This document shows, piece by piece, positions 23,396-36,156 of a stretch of 41,260 nt of DNA. Source of the stretch: Basidiobolus meristosporus CBS 931.73. Taxonomy: Eukaryota > Fungi > Basidiobolomycota. A model generated the notes under the pieces. That model saw only the letters and a program-made list of their open reading frames with translations. It searched no databases and was not told where the DNA came from. The stretch is from the NCBI GenBank assembly GCA_002104905.1, contig MCFE01000736.1, positions 1 to 41,260 of the forward strand, written 5' to 3'. A program made the translations under genes and the position numbers. Position 1 is the stretch's first letter. Every line of letters begins with the position of its first letter.

Positions 23396-24945
23396 ATGAG
23401 TTCCAGAGTCTATATCGGCCGCCTTGCGCGTGACGTTCGTGAACGTGACGTCGAAAAACTTCTTAAAGGCTATGGCGATATCAGAGAAATCACTCTCAAG
23501 AACGGTTTCGGTTTTGTCGTAAGTGTTGTTTGATTTGATTCAGCCAAGGTTTGGAATTTGTAACGAATGTTGTGATGCTTGAAGGAATTTCGTGATCAAA
23601 AAGATGCGGAGGATGTAGTTTACGATTTCAACGGCAAAGAGTTCTTCAACGAAAGGTAAACTTGTGATGATGCCTCAGATTTCGCCGTTCACGTGGGAGC
23701 GTAACCTAACCTCAATCTCTCTCCAGAATTATTGTTGAACTCGCTCGTGGTGAACGTAAGCGTAATGAGCGTACTGAACGTAATCCTCGTGACAGAAGGG
23801 AAACATCAAGGTATATTTGAGTTTCTTCGAGGAACCCCATAAAAGTGTCGCTTATCATTCGTTGGCCGCTGCCCATAGATACGGCCCCCCACAACGTACT
23901 CAACACCGAGTCATCGTAGAAAATCTTGCTTCAAGTGCTAGCTGGCAGGTATGGATCTCTCCGAATACTCTCTTGGACAACTTGGCAGCAATACTGTGAT
24001 ATTGGGGAGAATTTGTGTGCTACTTGGGCTTATTTCTAAATGAGAAATTACTGGGATGATTGGCTATCAGTGCACATAATACACTATGTGTACTTCTGTT
24101 ACGGTAGAACCTATTTGTTCACACGTGATCTTCCGAGCCTTCAGTGTGAGCAGGTAGCCTACTTGCAACCCCTGGCTTGGCTGTATGGTTTCCCCAGTCA
24201 TATCTTACTATTAGATAATGTCATGCTACACAGTTGTCCATGAATGGAACACTTTAACTGGAGCCTAATATGAATCCCCTTCCGCCTTTCTATGCACCAT
24301 TTCAAAGGATCTCAAGGATTTTATGAGAAAAGCCGGTGAAGTTACTTTTGCGGATGCTCATCGCGAGAAGGAGGGCACTGGGTAAGTTGAATTTCGGTGC
24401 TATTGACGGGGTGTTCGTTTGGTCTAATCATTACTAGTGTCGTTGAATTTTCTTCCTATGACGATATGAAGAGTGCAATCAAGAAGTTAGATGATTCTGA
24501 ATTGAAGGGGAAGAAAGTGGTCCTCAAAGAAGTGAGTTCGCCGCCCCTGTCTAAGTTGTGGCCCCACAGATTTTAAATGTCCTAATAGGATCCTGGACGC
24601 TCTCGTCGCCGCTCTCACTCTCGCTCTCGTTCTCCCCGCCGTAACTCTAGACGCTCCCGTTCTCGCTCTCGTTCTAGATCTCCTAGAGACAGAGGTGACA
24701 GACGCAGAAATGCCAGACCTCGCTCCAGATCTCCCAGAGACAGAAGTGACAGACGCAGAAGTCCAAGATCTCGCTCCAGATCTCCCAGAGACAGGGAAGA
24801 GAGACGTAAGCCCTCCCACTCCCGTTCTCCCTCTCCCGCTCGCGATCGCCGTGAGGATACCGGATCACCCAAAGGTCAACGCTCAAGAAGCGGCAGTAGG
24901 TCTCCCATTCAAGAAAATGGCAGGTTAGTTGAGAATGGAGAATGA
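23396..24945 (+). CDS. SR-family splicing factor (SRSF4/5/6-like; RRM + pseudo-RRM + RS domain); 7 exons
   Basis: Spliced [10 protein letters not shown]...KNGFGFVEF (RNP2/RNP1), the SWQDLKD signature of RRM2, and an RS tail. Exons 23396-23518, 23585-23655, 23727-23810, 23879-23948, 24308-24381, 24438-24531 and 24589-24945. A possible further intron at ~24924-24972 would alter the last few residues. Confidence 0.92.
24660..24800 (+). repeat. Three imperfect ~39-bp tandem units inside the RS domain
   Basis: The unit (c)tcgctccagatctcccagagacagaagtgacagacgcagaa recurs and encodes RSRSPRDR(G/S)DRR. Confidence 0.75.
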
Positions 24946-25665
24946 CACCGTTTGCCCCACTGGATCCTAACAGCACGTGTGCAGAAGCCCAGCCGTTGAA
25001 AACTAAGTCATGTTCGGAACTGGAAATGCCTTGATGAGTGACATATATTGCCGGTTTAATGAGCCTTTATTTTATTCTGTATACGAATTGTTTTTCATGT
25101 TATTTTGGTCATTTGGTTTTCAATATTAAATAAACTATATCCTCTTTGGTCGTATCCTCAATCGATTTCCCATTCGGAACATCGCCGGTCTCCCGACTGG
25201 TGGATTCTGCTGGGATTGGAAACGACCCGGCTGATGGGATCAATCGATTGGTCCATGCGCCAAATGGAGTCTGTACAGTTGGCGTGGATGGCACGTACCC
25301 AGAGGGATCTGCTGCTATTATCTCAACGATGCCAATAGTTCTTGACGGGCGAGTTGGCGCTAGCGTTGTTTCAGGTGGTGGCCGTACGTGGGAGCTCAAG
25401 CCATGATGGTCGCTATGACGCTCGGAGCACCAAATCATCGGTCGACGTGGCTCCTAGAGGGCAGAGCGGTTCTGCCTCTTGATCGGACTGCTAGTGGTCG
25501 CTGGGATGTTGCATCTGCGAGATTGAGGAGTGATTGGATTTGGTGGGAATGGTCCACTATTTTATTAAGTTGTGATGAGGATATCATTCAAATTTGATAT
25601 GCTGATGGGTATCGATGATAATTGGATAGAAGAGTGCTGGACTGGTGGCTAAGTAAGGGGCGGGG

Positions 25666-28377
25666 CTAACCGGATTTGTGGGATTCCTCCTTGGGCTCTC
25701 CACGGCGACGCAGATCCCGTAATTTGGGGTTGTTGATCAGCGTATACGCTAAATGCCATCTGTTGCGGGCAATCAGCCTGCGGCTTTCCAGATTTGCCGT
25801 TACAATGGTAATGGATTTCATTTCCCCATGAGCATCCTGCTTGTCATCCAAGAAGATGGACGGTGGCCTAATCAACTTGCGCCAACCAGTGGCCTCAAAT
25901 TTGAGGGGGGCTTCATGGTGGGTGATTCCTAGCATCAAGCAGAGGAAAACCATGTTGATTGGGTTGTAGTAGTAATGTTCAGAAAGAAGCTAGTGAAAAG
26001 GCCTGCGTTAGTATCTGCACCGACAGACGCCAATGCTTTCGAATATTACGTACCAGTCCTAGGTAGGCATTGTAGCCACCATCGCCCGATCTGAGGTTGA
26101 CGTGTGATACGTAGCGATCCACTCTCGAGCTGAATACGAAAATTGTGAAGAATGCTTTGAGCATGCGTTCGAGCCAGCCGGAAATCCCCTTGGGGATATG
26201 CACGAACATGGCAAGGTATGACCAGTGCATGAACCCGTTTCGACGTTTGAGCCAGAATTTTGTCCCGGGAATGATGAACAGTAGTGTGGTGATAAGAGAG
26301 ATCACCGCACTGGTGACAGCCGAAATGATGAGAGGGACCAAAAAGGAGAGCAGAAGCCATTTAAGTAAGAAGTTTCGGATTGATTCGATCAGAATGGCTA
26401 ATGAGAGCAGCACCAGTAGCAAAAAAAGTTGAATGATTACTACAATAGAGGCAAAGAACGCATTTCCTAGCGCTGAGCCATAGAACTGGAGATAGTTGTT
26501 CATACTGATCTTGTTGCCCTTGCGATGATGAAACAGGGAGTAGTTTCCCAAGCGAAGTTGCACCAAATCGCGCTGAAACCGATATTTGATTCCGGTGGCG
26601 AAGATGATAATCCCTAGTGAGTGAGTTAGCCACATTCCTTGGCAATCGATTCACTGATTTTTTATACCAAATCCGCCTACTAGAACAGCAATGAAGGTAG
26701 ATGATTTCAGGGCCAAAAGGACCTTTCTTGCAGTGTTCATATCTTCTTCTTCTATTCCGCTCATACCGTTGTAACTGGTTACAGCCGCAGTGAGAACGCA
26801 GGCCCCTGGACTTTGTATAATATAGTACAGAAAAACAACAATATATGCCATCGCTTGTGCGATGAGTAAAGCAATAGTGACGAGTGTGAAGTGGATCATG
26901 TCGGGGATTCTTGATAAAATCAAATGGTTGAGACACTTTAGGAGTAGTTATTGGCATGTCAATGCTACTTACTCGATGTACCGAACAATATCACGCTTAT
27001 ATTTCCGGAAGCTGAAGAATTTTCCAGGGTGGAGGATCGAAGTGATAGGCCCAGGTGGCGTCCTGGCAGCCTGAAACTCCATCTTCTTAAAGGCTAGCAT
27101 ATCTTTGACGTACTGGAAATCAGAGGAATATGCAAGCACCGCTTCTTGAGACCTAGAAGCCTTCGCCGAAAAGATACATGCCAGGAAGTAGATGATCATG
27201 ATAAAAAAACACGTCATGACCGGAACGTAAGAGATGATTTTCGTGGTTCTCGAGAGTTTTGCCCCTTCCTCAAAATAGACTGTTATGGCCGAAGACATGT
27301 ATTGCAAACAAAGTGCTGCCGATATGATGACTCCCAAGAGGCTTCCGAGAAGTTTGTGCGACTGTTCGTAGCACAGAAAGAGCGGATAAAGTATCAATCC
27401 TTGAAGAAGAAGCAAAATCATAAAGAATATGCCTTTGGTGTATCTAGCAGCAGTGGGGTTCAGTGAGAATTGGGCTTGAAATCCAGTATCACCCCAGAAA
27501 ATCTGCATTGCGGATATATAAACCAACTGCGCAACGATCCCGAAAAGGACGATAGAGATACGATTATCTCTTCGACGTTTGAGAAGGTTGATCGGGCTAA
27601 GTAAACACACAGGTCAGTTTCGTTACGGGTGGAAATGGATCGGCTTCATGCCCAACTTACATAGGAAATGGAACATAGTTGCGTCCAAAAACGAGGAGTA
27701 AGAAGGGAATAACAACGATGCATCCACGAGACACCCATGCAGCATAATTGTTGACTGTGGTGGAGTATGATTAACATGGTTGTCATTGAATGTCTTCGTA
27801 AGGTATGATTGTCACTTACTTTTATCGAACAGATTCTTTATGCGATCGTCATAGTAAGACTCGTCAAGATAGAGGACGAAACCATTGTAACATACCGGGT
27901 CATGGTTTGACATATATATGTGGAGTTCGATGGAGCGAGTATACGAAGGCACATCAACGGGGTCGTAGGAATCATCCCAGAACGTTGTGTTAGTTGCATC
28001 CAGCCACTCTTCGTGCATAACGGCTTGATTCTGATATTTGAAAACCAAACGTAGTCTTGTAGAATCTAAAGCGGCAAGAAAGGGGATTGATTGGGAAGCG
28101 AAACGAATATTCGCTGTCTATATGAGAAATTAGTACAGAGTAGAGTATTGACAACGGTTAGGAGATTCTTCAACCATTAGACCGTTGTCTATCTTTGAGG
28201 CAAACGGTGCCAATTTATCCTGGCCGATTGTTTGAATTAACTCTATATCCTTCTTCGGCTGATCCAAGTCTAGTAAACTAGCATCCAAAGAGCAACAGGC
28301 TGCAGAATGCAAAAGTATAATTCAGCGTCTTCTTGCGAACCCGAAGTATGCCGTCGTCGCTTACCATTACCCCACAT
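25666..28377 (-). CDS. STRA6/RBP-receptor-like multi-pass membrane protein; multi-exon, 5' end uncertain
   Basis: Spliced product contains FPIPINLL..RDNR..IVLFG, many TM helices, F..SRVDR...DGGYNAYLGL|LLSEHYYYNP and the C-terminal ARNRWHLAYTLINNPKL, which matches the STRA6 terminal signature. Introns include ~26616-26669 and 27597-27660. The start at 28377 is tentative. Confidence 0.8.
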
Positions 28378-29637
28378 TTTCCATTCATCTTTTTGGAACA
28401 TCCATTGTGAATTTGCTGCACTTAAATCGCAACGATCGGTGGCAAGTAGATTTTTTAACCTTTAAATTGATCCAGTTAGTACGAACATGCAAGTTATGAC
28501 CTACAGATGCTCACCCCTCTGAGTTTACTTGGCATTGCATCAGAAAAATATCTACAGCGAAGCCAAAGCTAGTCAATAGAAAGCTCATGAGGGAGATGTT
28601 TCTGATAGGTAAGAAGTACCTGCTTCAACCAAAGAGGCAATGATAACATGGAGCAATATAGAAAGCCAGGGTAGAAACGGCATCCTTCCAACCATATCTT
28701 GTTTCCGCGGTAGTGTGAATGCTTATTAGATTGTCGTGTGTAGCTGATACTGTAGAAAGCACCAACCTTCTGGGCATTTATACCTCCGAGCTTCTCATAC
28801 TTTGGCGCCGTGGTTTCTACTCTAGAAACTAGTTCATTTACTTTGGTATTAAGTATACAAGTTTCTAAACCTTATACCAGGTAAATTTAGAGTTTGATTA
28901 GTGTAAAAATACTGGGCTATTTCTTTGGGTAGCTTGTTTGGAACTCGTTTCCTTGCATGCTACTCATCAATGGTGCCGTACGCTTCTAATAGCAATGAAT
29001 TCAAATGATATCCCAACAGAGTGCTCCAGTGTCACCTCAACCCAATGTATAGCTTGGCTTGATTGGTGTACTTCACGCATTAGATCTCAGCCTAACTCAA
29101 GGTTACACATTTCTAAAGTCTGGTTTCTCCCCATGTTCCCACATAATTGAACTAGGCAATTATAGTATCGTGTACCCCTCGTCGATTCTAATCTTCTGCA
29201 GGTGGGCAAACTGATCATATGCAACAATGCCCCTCCACATAGTCGATGGGCATTACTGGATCTTCAGTAAGATGCATATGACCATTCCTTCCCTTCTTGT
29301 ACCCTTAGTGCTCGTGCTACGTACTGAAAGAACCCAGAACCAGTGCTTGATTACCGGTTCTGAAACATACGTAAGTAACATGCTGGTGGTCGTTGGACAA
29401 AAGTGACTACAGGCCCTTTTATTGTCTGGCTAGCCTTGAGATTACATGTAGTTGGGCAAACCCAGAGTTCTTCTCATCTAGTGGCGTGACGTGTTACGTT
29501 GTCATCTTCTCTTAATATGGCTGTATTGGAGATCTCATTTATTGGGATATTTGACTACAGGTTTATGAAGTTTAACCTTGGTGCGCTCAACCCTATCTAC
29601 ATATTACATGCGTAGCGAGGTCTAGGTATCGGATCTA

Positions 29638-30526
29638 TTACTTGCTCTGTATGGAGCACACCTGATTGATATTGGGGCTAGCGTCTCAGCCAATAAACCA
29701 GAGGGGAGGCATGCTCATAGTTCGCTCTTCCTAGTAGCCCCGTTGCTGGGAGGAAAACTTACTATTCGAGGGATGGCACTATATACCTTATCAAGCTTCT
29801 CCACCGTATACTGACCGGAGAAGTTCATGGCGTGTTGTGCGATCAGTACCAACCTACGGTATCGGTAAACATTGTAGCCGAAATAAAGCTGAGATAGCAG
29901 CTTGAAAGAGAGGGATGTTAACCATAGGTTTGTGCGTTAAAAGGGTTCACGATCTGATAACAAACCACAATTAAAGATAAAACGCCGTTGTACCACTCCT
30001 TATTCACCAAAGTTAGGATCAGGCCAGAAAATTCGGTTGTAGCAAGCATCGATGTGATGACCAAGTAGAGCAACAAAACCCATGGCTTGCACTAAACATA
30101 CACGGATTAGTGCCACGATTCAACATGGCTCACTCACGTTTGGAGTTACCTTCCAGGTTCCATAGAAGCCCACCATGCCGATCAACAGCATACCAAGGAA
30201 TGTGGTGAATACCATATACAACCCTATTCGGCCCACATGGAATGTTCTGACATCCTCCATAGTAAAAAGATTGTTCTGATTAAAGCCAAACGAGGAGCTA
30301 GTTACACCACTCCAGTTTAACGAGATCAAGATAACTGCTAGTAAGCCAAGGACCTAAACACGAAAACCCAAAAGGTTAGAACAACCTTGCAATCCAATTC
30401 TTAGGACCGTACCAAGATGGTCACCGGCTCTGTCACTGCCTCAGTGCTTACCAATTCGAAGGAAGTTAATACCAAACATCCAAAGCGTAGGCTTATACAA
30501 TAGAAGCAAGTTTGATTTCTAATCAT
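29638..30526 (-). CDS. Small four-TM membrane protein (LAPTM/tetraspanin-like topology); ~5 exons
   Basis: Manual splice gives MIRNQTCFYCISLRFGCLVLTSFEL|VLGLLAVILISLNW...GMVGFYGTWK|CKPWVLLLYLVIT...|LLSQLYFGYNVYRYRR, with four hydrophobic helices and GT-AG introns. The C-terminal exon is tentative. Confidence 0.5.
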
Positions 30527-31617
30527 TCTGCACCTCAACCGCAATATCAAATAATTAGAGAGAAGAGAGACGCCGTTGGGGATATAGACAGAAAGGAAAA
30601 GCACGAAGCTTGCAAGCTATTCCCTAGGGCACGCCACCTTATATTTGACGCCAGATGGCAACGGCACTTCCACCACTTGGCTATTGTTATGATTGTTGAT
30701 TGATGTCTACGAATGATATCCATATAAACACGTTGAGTGCTTTCATCCTAGTGGGTCTCAAGATCCCAACAAATTGTAGTCGGGTAATTCATATGATCGG
30801 TCTTGCAGTAGGGTCTCTAGGGATCATGGTGGAGACCGCGATGATCCCTAGCAATGCCCAAGCCCCGTAAGTAGAGAAAAGTGACTGTAGGCTTGATAGC
30901 ACCCCTCGGTCGTGGTCAAAGCCGAATGTTTTCAGCCCGTGCCCTGCTTGCACTGAGGTCCAACGTGAAATGATTCGTTAGAGATAGAGAAACAGGAATT
31001 TCCCTATTTAGTAGCCATAATAAGTAACCACTGTGATTATGTTGGCAAAATTGGGTCCATTGGTTACACGGAGGTTAAAACAACACGAAAACGGTCTTAC
31101 CCAACCTGATCATTGGGTCTCTAGAACGGATCAAAGTTCATGGAAATATACATCGCCAAAAATCAATGATTATTGGACACAGGCTAGTCAACAAAACGGG
31201 TTTCCATGCACGGTCACAAGAGTGAGAACGGGCGCCTACATGATCTCCTGTACACGCAACCTGCCTCGTATACCCAACTGGGCGCATTTCGCAATCTATA
31301 GATGGGCGCTAATAAAGTTAGATGGTGATCACTAACAAGTGCATCTACACAAGTTTAGTCTGTGGATGGTGGTATATGGGTTGGATCCAACTGCTCCAAA
31401 AGCTTCGTAGTCCCTTAGAACCTAGTGTGCTTTTTTGGGGGTATGTGTTATTGGAGATCTATTAACCGAAGTTGAGGAGAAGCCCATAAGGAGTTACCAT
31501 GGTAACCCTTGATTAGCGGCATCCTCAATAAATGATATGGTTGAAATTTCTAATGCAGAGGATGCAAGCCAAACTAACTCATTTTGACAGACGCACTGGG
31601 TTAATGGTAACGAATGG

Positions 31618-32049
31618 CTACTTCGTGCTGATGCCGCATATATATACATATATATAATATAGTTGCGTATTTTGGGCTTGGTATCCAGCACTAGTGTTGC
31701 AGAAATATCGGGCAAGTCCCTGGATGAGTTTGGCTGCATCAAAGCCATGGTGTGTTATTCTTTGAAGCACGGATACGATATTTCCATGAACCAGCTGGTC
31801 TGTTATCATACTGGCTGCTCCGGATCATGCCATGCTTGAGTTTGGGCGAGGTAGCCTGATACATGTTTGGCCGAAGTCATCGCCCAGAGGGGTTAATGCT
31901 TTGGTGATATTGAGCTTACCACGAAATGTATTCAGGGTTATGATGTTAAAAGACGGATTTGATTTCAGAGATTTCTCAAGTCTGACTTTACAATACACCC
32001 TAGAAATGGCGTTCTGTTGATTTGCTTTTAGTCGTATACGCCTGCACAC
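31618..32049 (-). pseudogene. Possible degraded coding relic of unknown family
   Basis: ORFs 31825..32049 and 31618..31809 are in the same frame and are separated by a single TGA. No family recognised. Confidence 0.25.
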
Positions 32050-33045
32050 AAGTGCAACATCACCTTCGACCCTATAGTTATGAATGATTTGTATTTCTTA
32101 GTGTCCAATTCTACAACTATTATTTCAACTATTGATTCATTCACTGAGCTCTTCATCTTCAATACTAATTTTCTCCAAAAAAACTAGTCAGATTTACCTC
32201 AATCTATACATATTATATCGTCAAGAACCAGGTCTATCTCATCAATAAACATGGACCAGCTGCTCACCAAAGCAATACTCATTACTTGCCTGTATTTTCA
32301 GCATTGTTCAAGCTAATTATACAAGAATTTGCACGTTAAGTGGGGGGGGGGATATGAAGCTCAATAACACAGCTGACGCAAAATCATTTCACATTGAGGT
32401 GGTCGCACAGATTGGTGGATTTGTCCTAATAAATTGCTGCTTTGGAACAGGGCATTTAGATAAAATCGATGGATGCCACTTGGTGAAACTTTGTAGTGTT
32501 TAGAGATGGCGGATGCTAGCGAACAACCAAGTGGATGCATATGGCGTGCTCAAAAGCTTTAGTGATGCCTATGCATTCTTTCCGAGAATATAGAGAGGGC
32601 TGGATTCTACGAAGAGACCTGTAGACTACGTCTACGCTATAACATATTAACGTGTTGAGGAAATTTCACCCCAAAACAGAGGAGGTACTTAGTCATAGTT
32701 GCTAACAGGGGAGCAGTGTTGAAAGATGTGCAATGTAAGCATCTCATCTAAATGCCCGATGTCTTAAAGAGACACTTCGATGTGTAGAAGATGACGAGGT
32801 ATGGTTTGGCAGTATACGTCAACAGTATCCAGTGGATTTGGCACTGCTCACCACTTACTCTCTATTATTAATCCAAGTATCACAAAGAACCACGAACGTC
32901 ACTTGATATTCCACATCCAGCAATAAAACCGGAAATCAGGGGGACGATCATACTGCAGAGATTACTAAGATATCTAATTGTAGTTGGGCCAACTTCCCAC
33001 GCAATTCAACCTTGTGCTTCTTGGTCGATAAGTGAGGGCTATATA

Positions 33046-34058
33046 ATGCCGGCCAGAGAGAGTGACCTCACCAATAACAACAGAATAGAGATGTCGAACT
33101 TGTCCTCCGCCCAAGAATTGCCCTTGATGTGCGTCACCTGTGGCACGCAGTTCCCATCCTCGTCGCAGAAGGAATGCCCCATCTGTCTGGATGAACGCCA
33201 GTATGTGCCGGCATCTGGACAAAAGTGGACCACACTACGGGGGATCCAAGAAGTCCACCAGAACAAGTTTGAGCCATTCGAGAATGACCCACGCCTAACT
33301 AGCATATTCTCTACCCCAACCTTTGCAATCGGGCAGCGTGGTATCCTGATCCGTACTCCAAAAGGAAACATCCTGTGGGATTGCATTTCACTGATAGACG
33401 AGGAAACTATCAGTAAAGTCAAGGAATTGGGCGGCCTCAACGCGATCGCAATCTCTCACCCCCACTACTATTCAAGGTAAGGCTGAGTTTTGTGTAGTCA
33501 CTTCGGGCCACCGCTAATTTCGAGTTAGTATGGTCGAGTGGAGCAAAGCCTTCAACGACATCCCGGTTTACATTCACAAGCTTGACGAGCAATGGATCAT
33601 GAATCCAGATAAGCGATTGACCCTGTGGGAAGGAGATACCTTAGATATTCTAGATGGCGAAGCCACTATGGTGCGTTGTGGTGGCCACTTCGATGGTTCT
33701 TGTGTTCTGCACTGGGAAAACAGTAAGTTCCTATTATTTCTACGGTAGTGCCATCCCAGGATATACTGAATTTATATTGCCTCCAATAGAATTATTTGTT
33801 GGGGATACCATCAAAGTTCTTCCGGATCTAAACTTTGTAAGTTTCATGTGGTCATATCCAAATCTGGTACCTCTCGCTCCTCAGGCTATCGGAGAGATCT
33901 GGAAAGCAGTCAAGCCATTCCAGTTTGACGAAATGTATGGAGCCTGGGTTAGCCATAATCTGCTAAGAAATGCTCGAGCAATAGTCCTTAAATCTGCCCA
34001 AAGATATGTCAGAGCGGAGAATCATCCTAATGACGCCATTCTTAGCGAATCATTGTAG
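33046..34058 (+). CDS. Metallo-beta-lactamase-fold hydrolase with an N-terminal Cys-pair motif; 3 exons (33046-33476, 33529-33722, 33790-34058)
   Basis: CVTCG...CPICLDERQYV, FAIGQRGIL, NILWDC, metal-binding motif ISHPHYYS|SMVEW, GGHFDG and GDT. The start may be at 33091. Confidence 0.88.
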
Positions 34059-35346
34059 TTGGTTCTTTCAATACTTATATAAAATGCATAGTTGCAATAA
34101 GTAAAGATTTATCATTCAAGCCTCTTGTGTAGAACATGTTGTCCTCCATCTACAAGAAACTGTTGGGCTAGAGGTGGTAACTCACAACACAGTAAACCCT
34201 CAACATTTGTAAGTGTTCAAGTAGGGTGGTATGTATATCTGGTATTGACTTTGAGGTTACTCACAGTATGGCTTATTTCCTGCACATCTCTTTAGTAATC
34301 AACCTCCTAGGTTCCTTACTTCATTTTAATGTTTGAAACCATGGTGGAGTTAAACAACCATTGAGGACACCGAAATACGGCCATAGTAAAGTTGCTCTGA
34401 GCACTATTATTTGCTATTGATTGTGATTTTAATATTGGCTTACCAGTTCCCATTTCCGTTCTCGGGATATATCGGTCGCGCATCATTAGGTCAGAACATA
34501 CTAAATACTGTCAGATTACCTTGTATCTTTGGTAAACATCTTCGCTAATTTCGTGCAGAGCCAACTTCCTGTTGAGTTCCTCTTTTAACTTACATCACAG
34601 ATGGTGCCGATTATCTAACCCCAATCGTTAATAGTTTGTGCCCCTATGGGTGCCTTCAAAAATTTGTTTCAAACTAATCCTCAATATGTCTGATTAGGAT
34701 GCAGTTGGGCTAACGTAATGTTGTACACATCGATATTTAAGATGTGTGGTGTTACAACGAGCACATTCAGTTTATTATTTTTAGTTGCAAGCCCCAATCT
34801 TCTTGTGAACAAGCGAATAGTATAAAGCCACCCTTAAAGCAAATCTGGTTTCCCTCGCTTAACTTCATACTTATTTGCTTACCTACAGTAACTTGATAGT
34901 CGCAAAATAAATGATGATTCACTATATATGTTATCTGAAACTTTAATCAATGATGTTAGTTGATAAGATATTAGTCAGCCATTTACCATGCAATATTATA
35001 AACCAACATTAAATATGTGGTAGCTCCTGCTCATATATCTCCACAAGAGAACTTACCAATCAGCTTTTTCATATAGCATCAGGCTGGCAGTGGATCTGAC
35101 AAATAAGGAGCAAGCAGTATCAGGTGGTTATTACCAGTCAATGCTAATGTTATATTAGCCTGAGCAAGGAGTGTCTAGCACTGAGCCAAATTGTAATGAG
35201 TTGGTACACCAATAAGTGGGTCTTATTTCACTTTCAAGTTTTCAAGTGCAAATACCCTATTGACAATATTTCAAAGAGCCCCACTTTCACTATTAGGTAA
35301 GCTTTTACTGATTTGAGTATGCTATGAACTGCTCATCCTAATAAGG

Positions 35347-35657
35347 TGTTGTGTCCAAGAGAAAAGTGTAATAAAACTCTTGAATGGTTTAACTGAACCC
35401 TGGGTGACAACCAAGTGCAGAAACTAAGAACTGTCAGAGAGTGGTGAAAATATTAGCAGAGAAGTTCTGGTCTAATATTGGTTTTGTATATAGTTGAGTT
35501 GGGCTATAAAGGCAACAGAGTTGCTTTGCTATACAGGCTAGGCTTGGTGTTCTTGGGAGTGCTAGATATGCTAGGCTGGGGTAGAAACCAGAATGTAATT
35601 GTTGAGTTCTTAATTTTGTTGAGGCACACACTATAAACCAAAAGGTTCAGTAAACTT
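35347..35657. mobile_element. Truncated LTR of the same family as 36493-37169, in the opposite orientation
   Basis: Begins TGTTG. Its reverse complement aligns (~80% by eye) to 36844-37169. It stops abruptly at 35657, where TTAGGG and a retroelement 3' end begin. Confidence 0.75.
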
Positions 35658-36156
35658 AGGGATAGGGGGGAGGGAGTCACCAATAGGTGAAATCTTTATT
35701 TCAGTTGAAACAAAGAAGCCAGCACTACTGTTGTAGCTTTGATACAAGAGTGTGTAGCTGAGGGGAATTTGTAGGTAAGTTTACAAGAAGTAATGATGGT
35801 TCTTCAGTGCTCAAGACACTGTTCAGTGGGAAGGGGGGTAACAAGAGTGGCAAGAATGATTTGTGAACAACATTAATGAGGGGAATATGATAAGGATTGA
35901 TATTTGTCATAAAGGGAGTGTGCTGCTTCACATATTGCTGCCAAAGGTCTGTCAAGTACTTCAGGTAGGCCAGCTTGGGTATTTCTGACTGCAGAATATA
36001 GTGAGCAAACTTCTTGACTTCAGGATCTCCAAGTATAGTTCTCCAGCAGGAGCCAGGTGTAGTGTGGTGTGTTCTCTTCCAGGTCTTGATTAGTGGGTTG
36101 TTGCAGTGGTGAAGTCTGCAATATAATTTTGATCTAAGATAGAGTAGTCTGATCTT
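35656..36156 (-). mobile_element. LINE-type retroelement, 5'-truncated copy 1 (3' ~500 bp)
   Basis: Encodes the C-terminal ...HTLVSKLQQ* segment shared with the other copies, plus the shared 3' terminal hairpin. Confidence 0.85.

Noticed and set aside
25109-25438. 109-aa minus-strand ORF between the SR and STRA6-like genes
   Set aside because: Low-complexity, no recognisable domain, and no credible splice path joins it to the STRA6-like gene.
20614-28377. Retinoid module (ALDH as retinal dehydrogenase + STRA6-like transporter)
   Set aside because: The genes are separated by an unrelated SR gene, the ALDH is generic, and nothing in the sequence indicates substrate.
29195-29380. Exon-like + strand segments translating to PLHIVDGHYWIFMLVL (protease-like His motif)
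   Set aside because: There is an in-frame stop just upstream, no start or further exons, and the similarity is too weak to call.
32251-32640. Possible secreted-protein gene (MDQLLTKAILITCLYFQHCSS)
   Set aside because: The frame stops after 21 codons and downstream frames are interrupted, so it is at most a relic.
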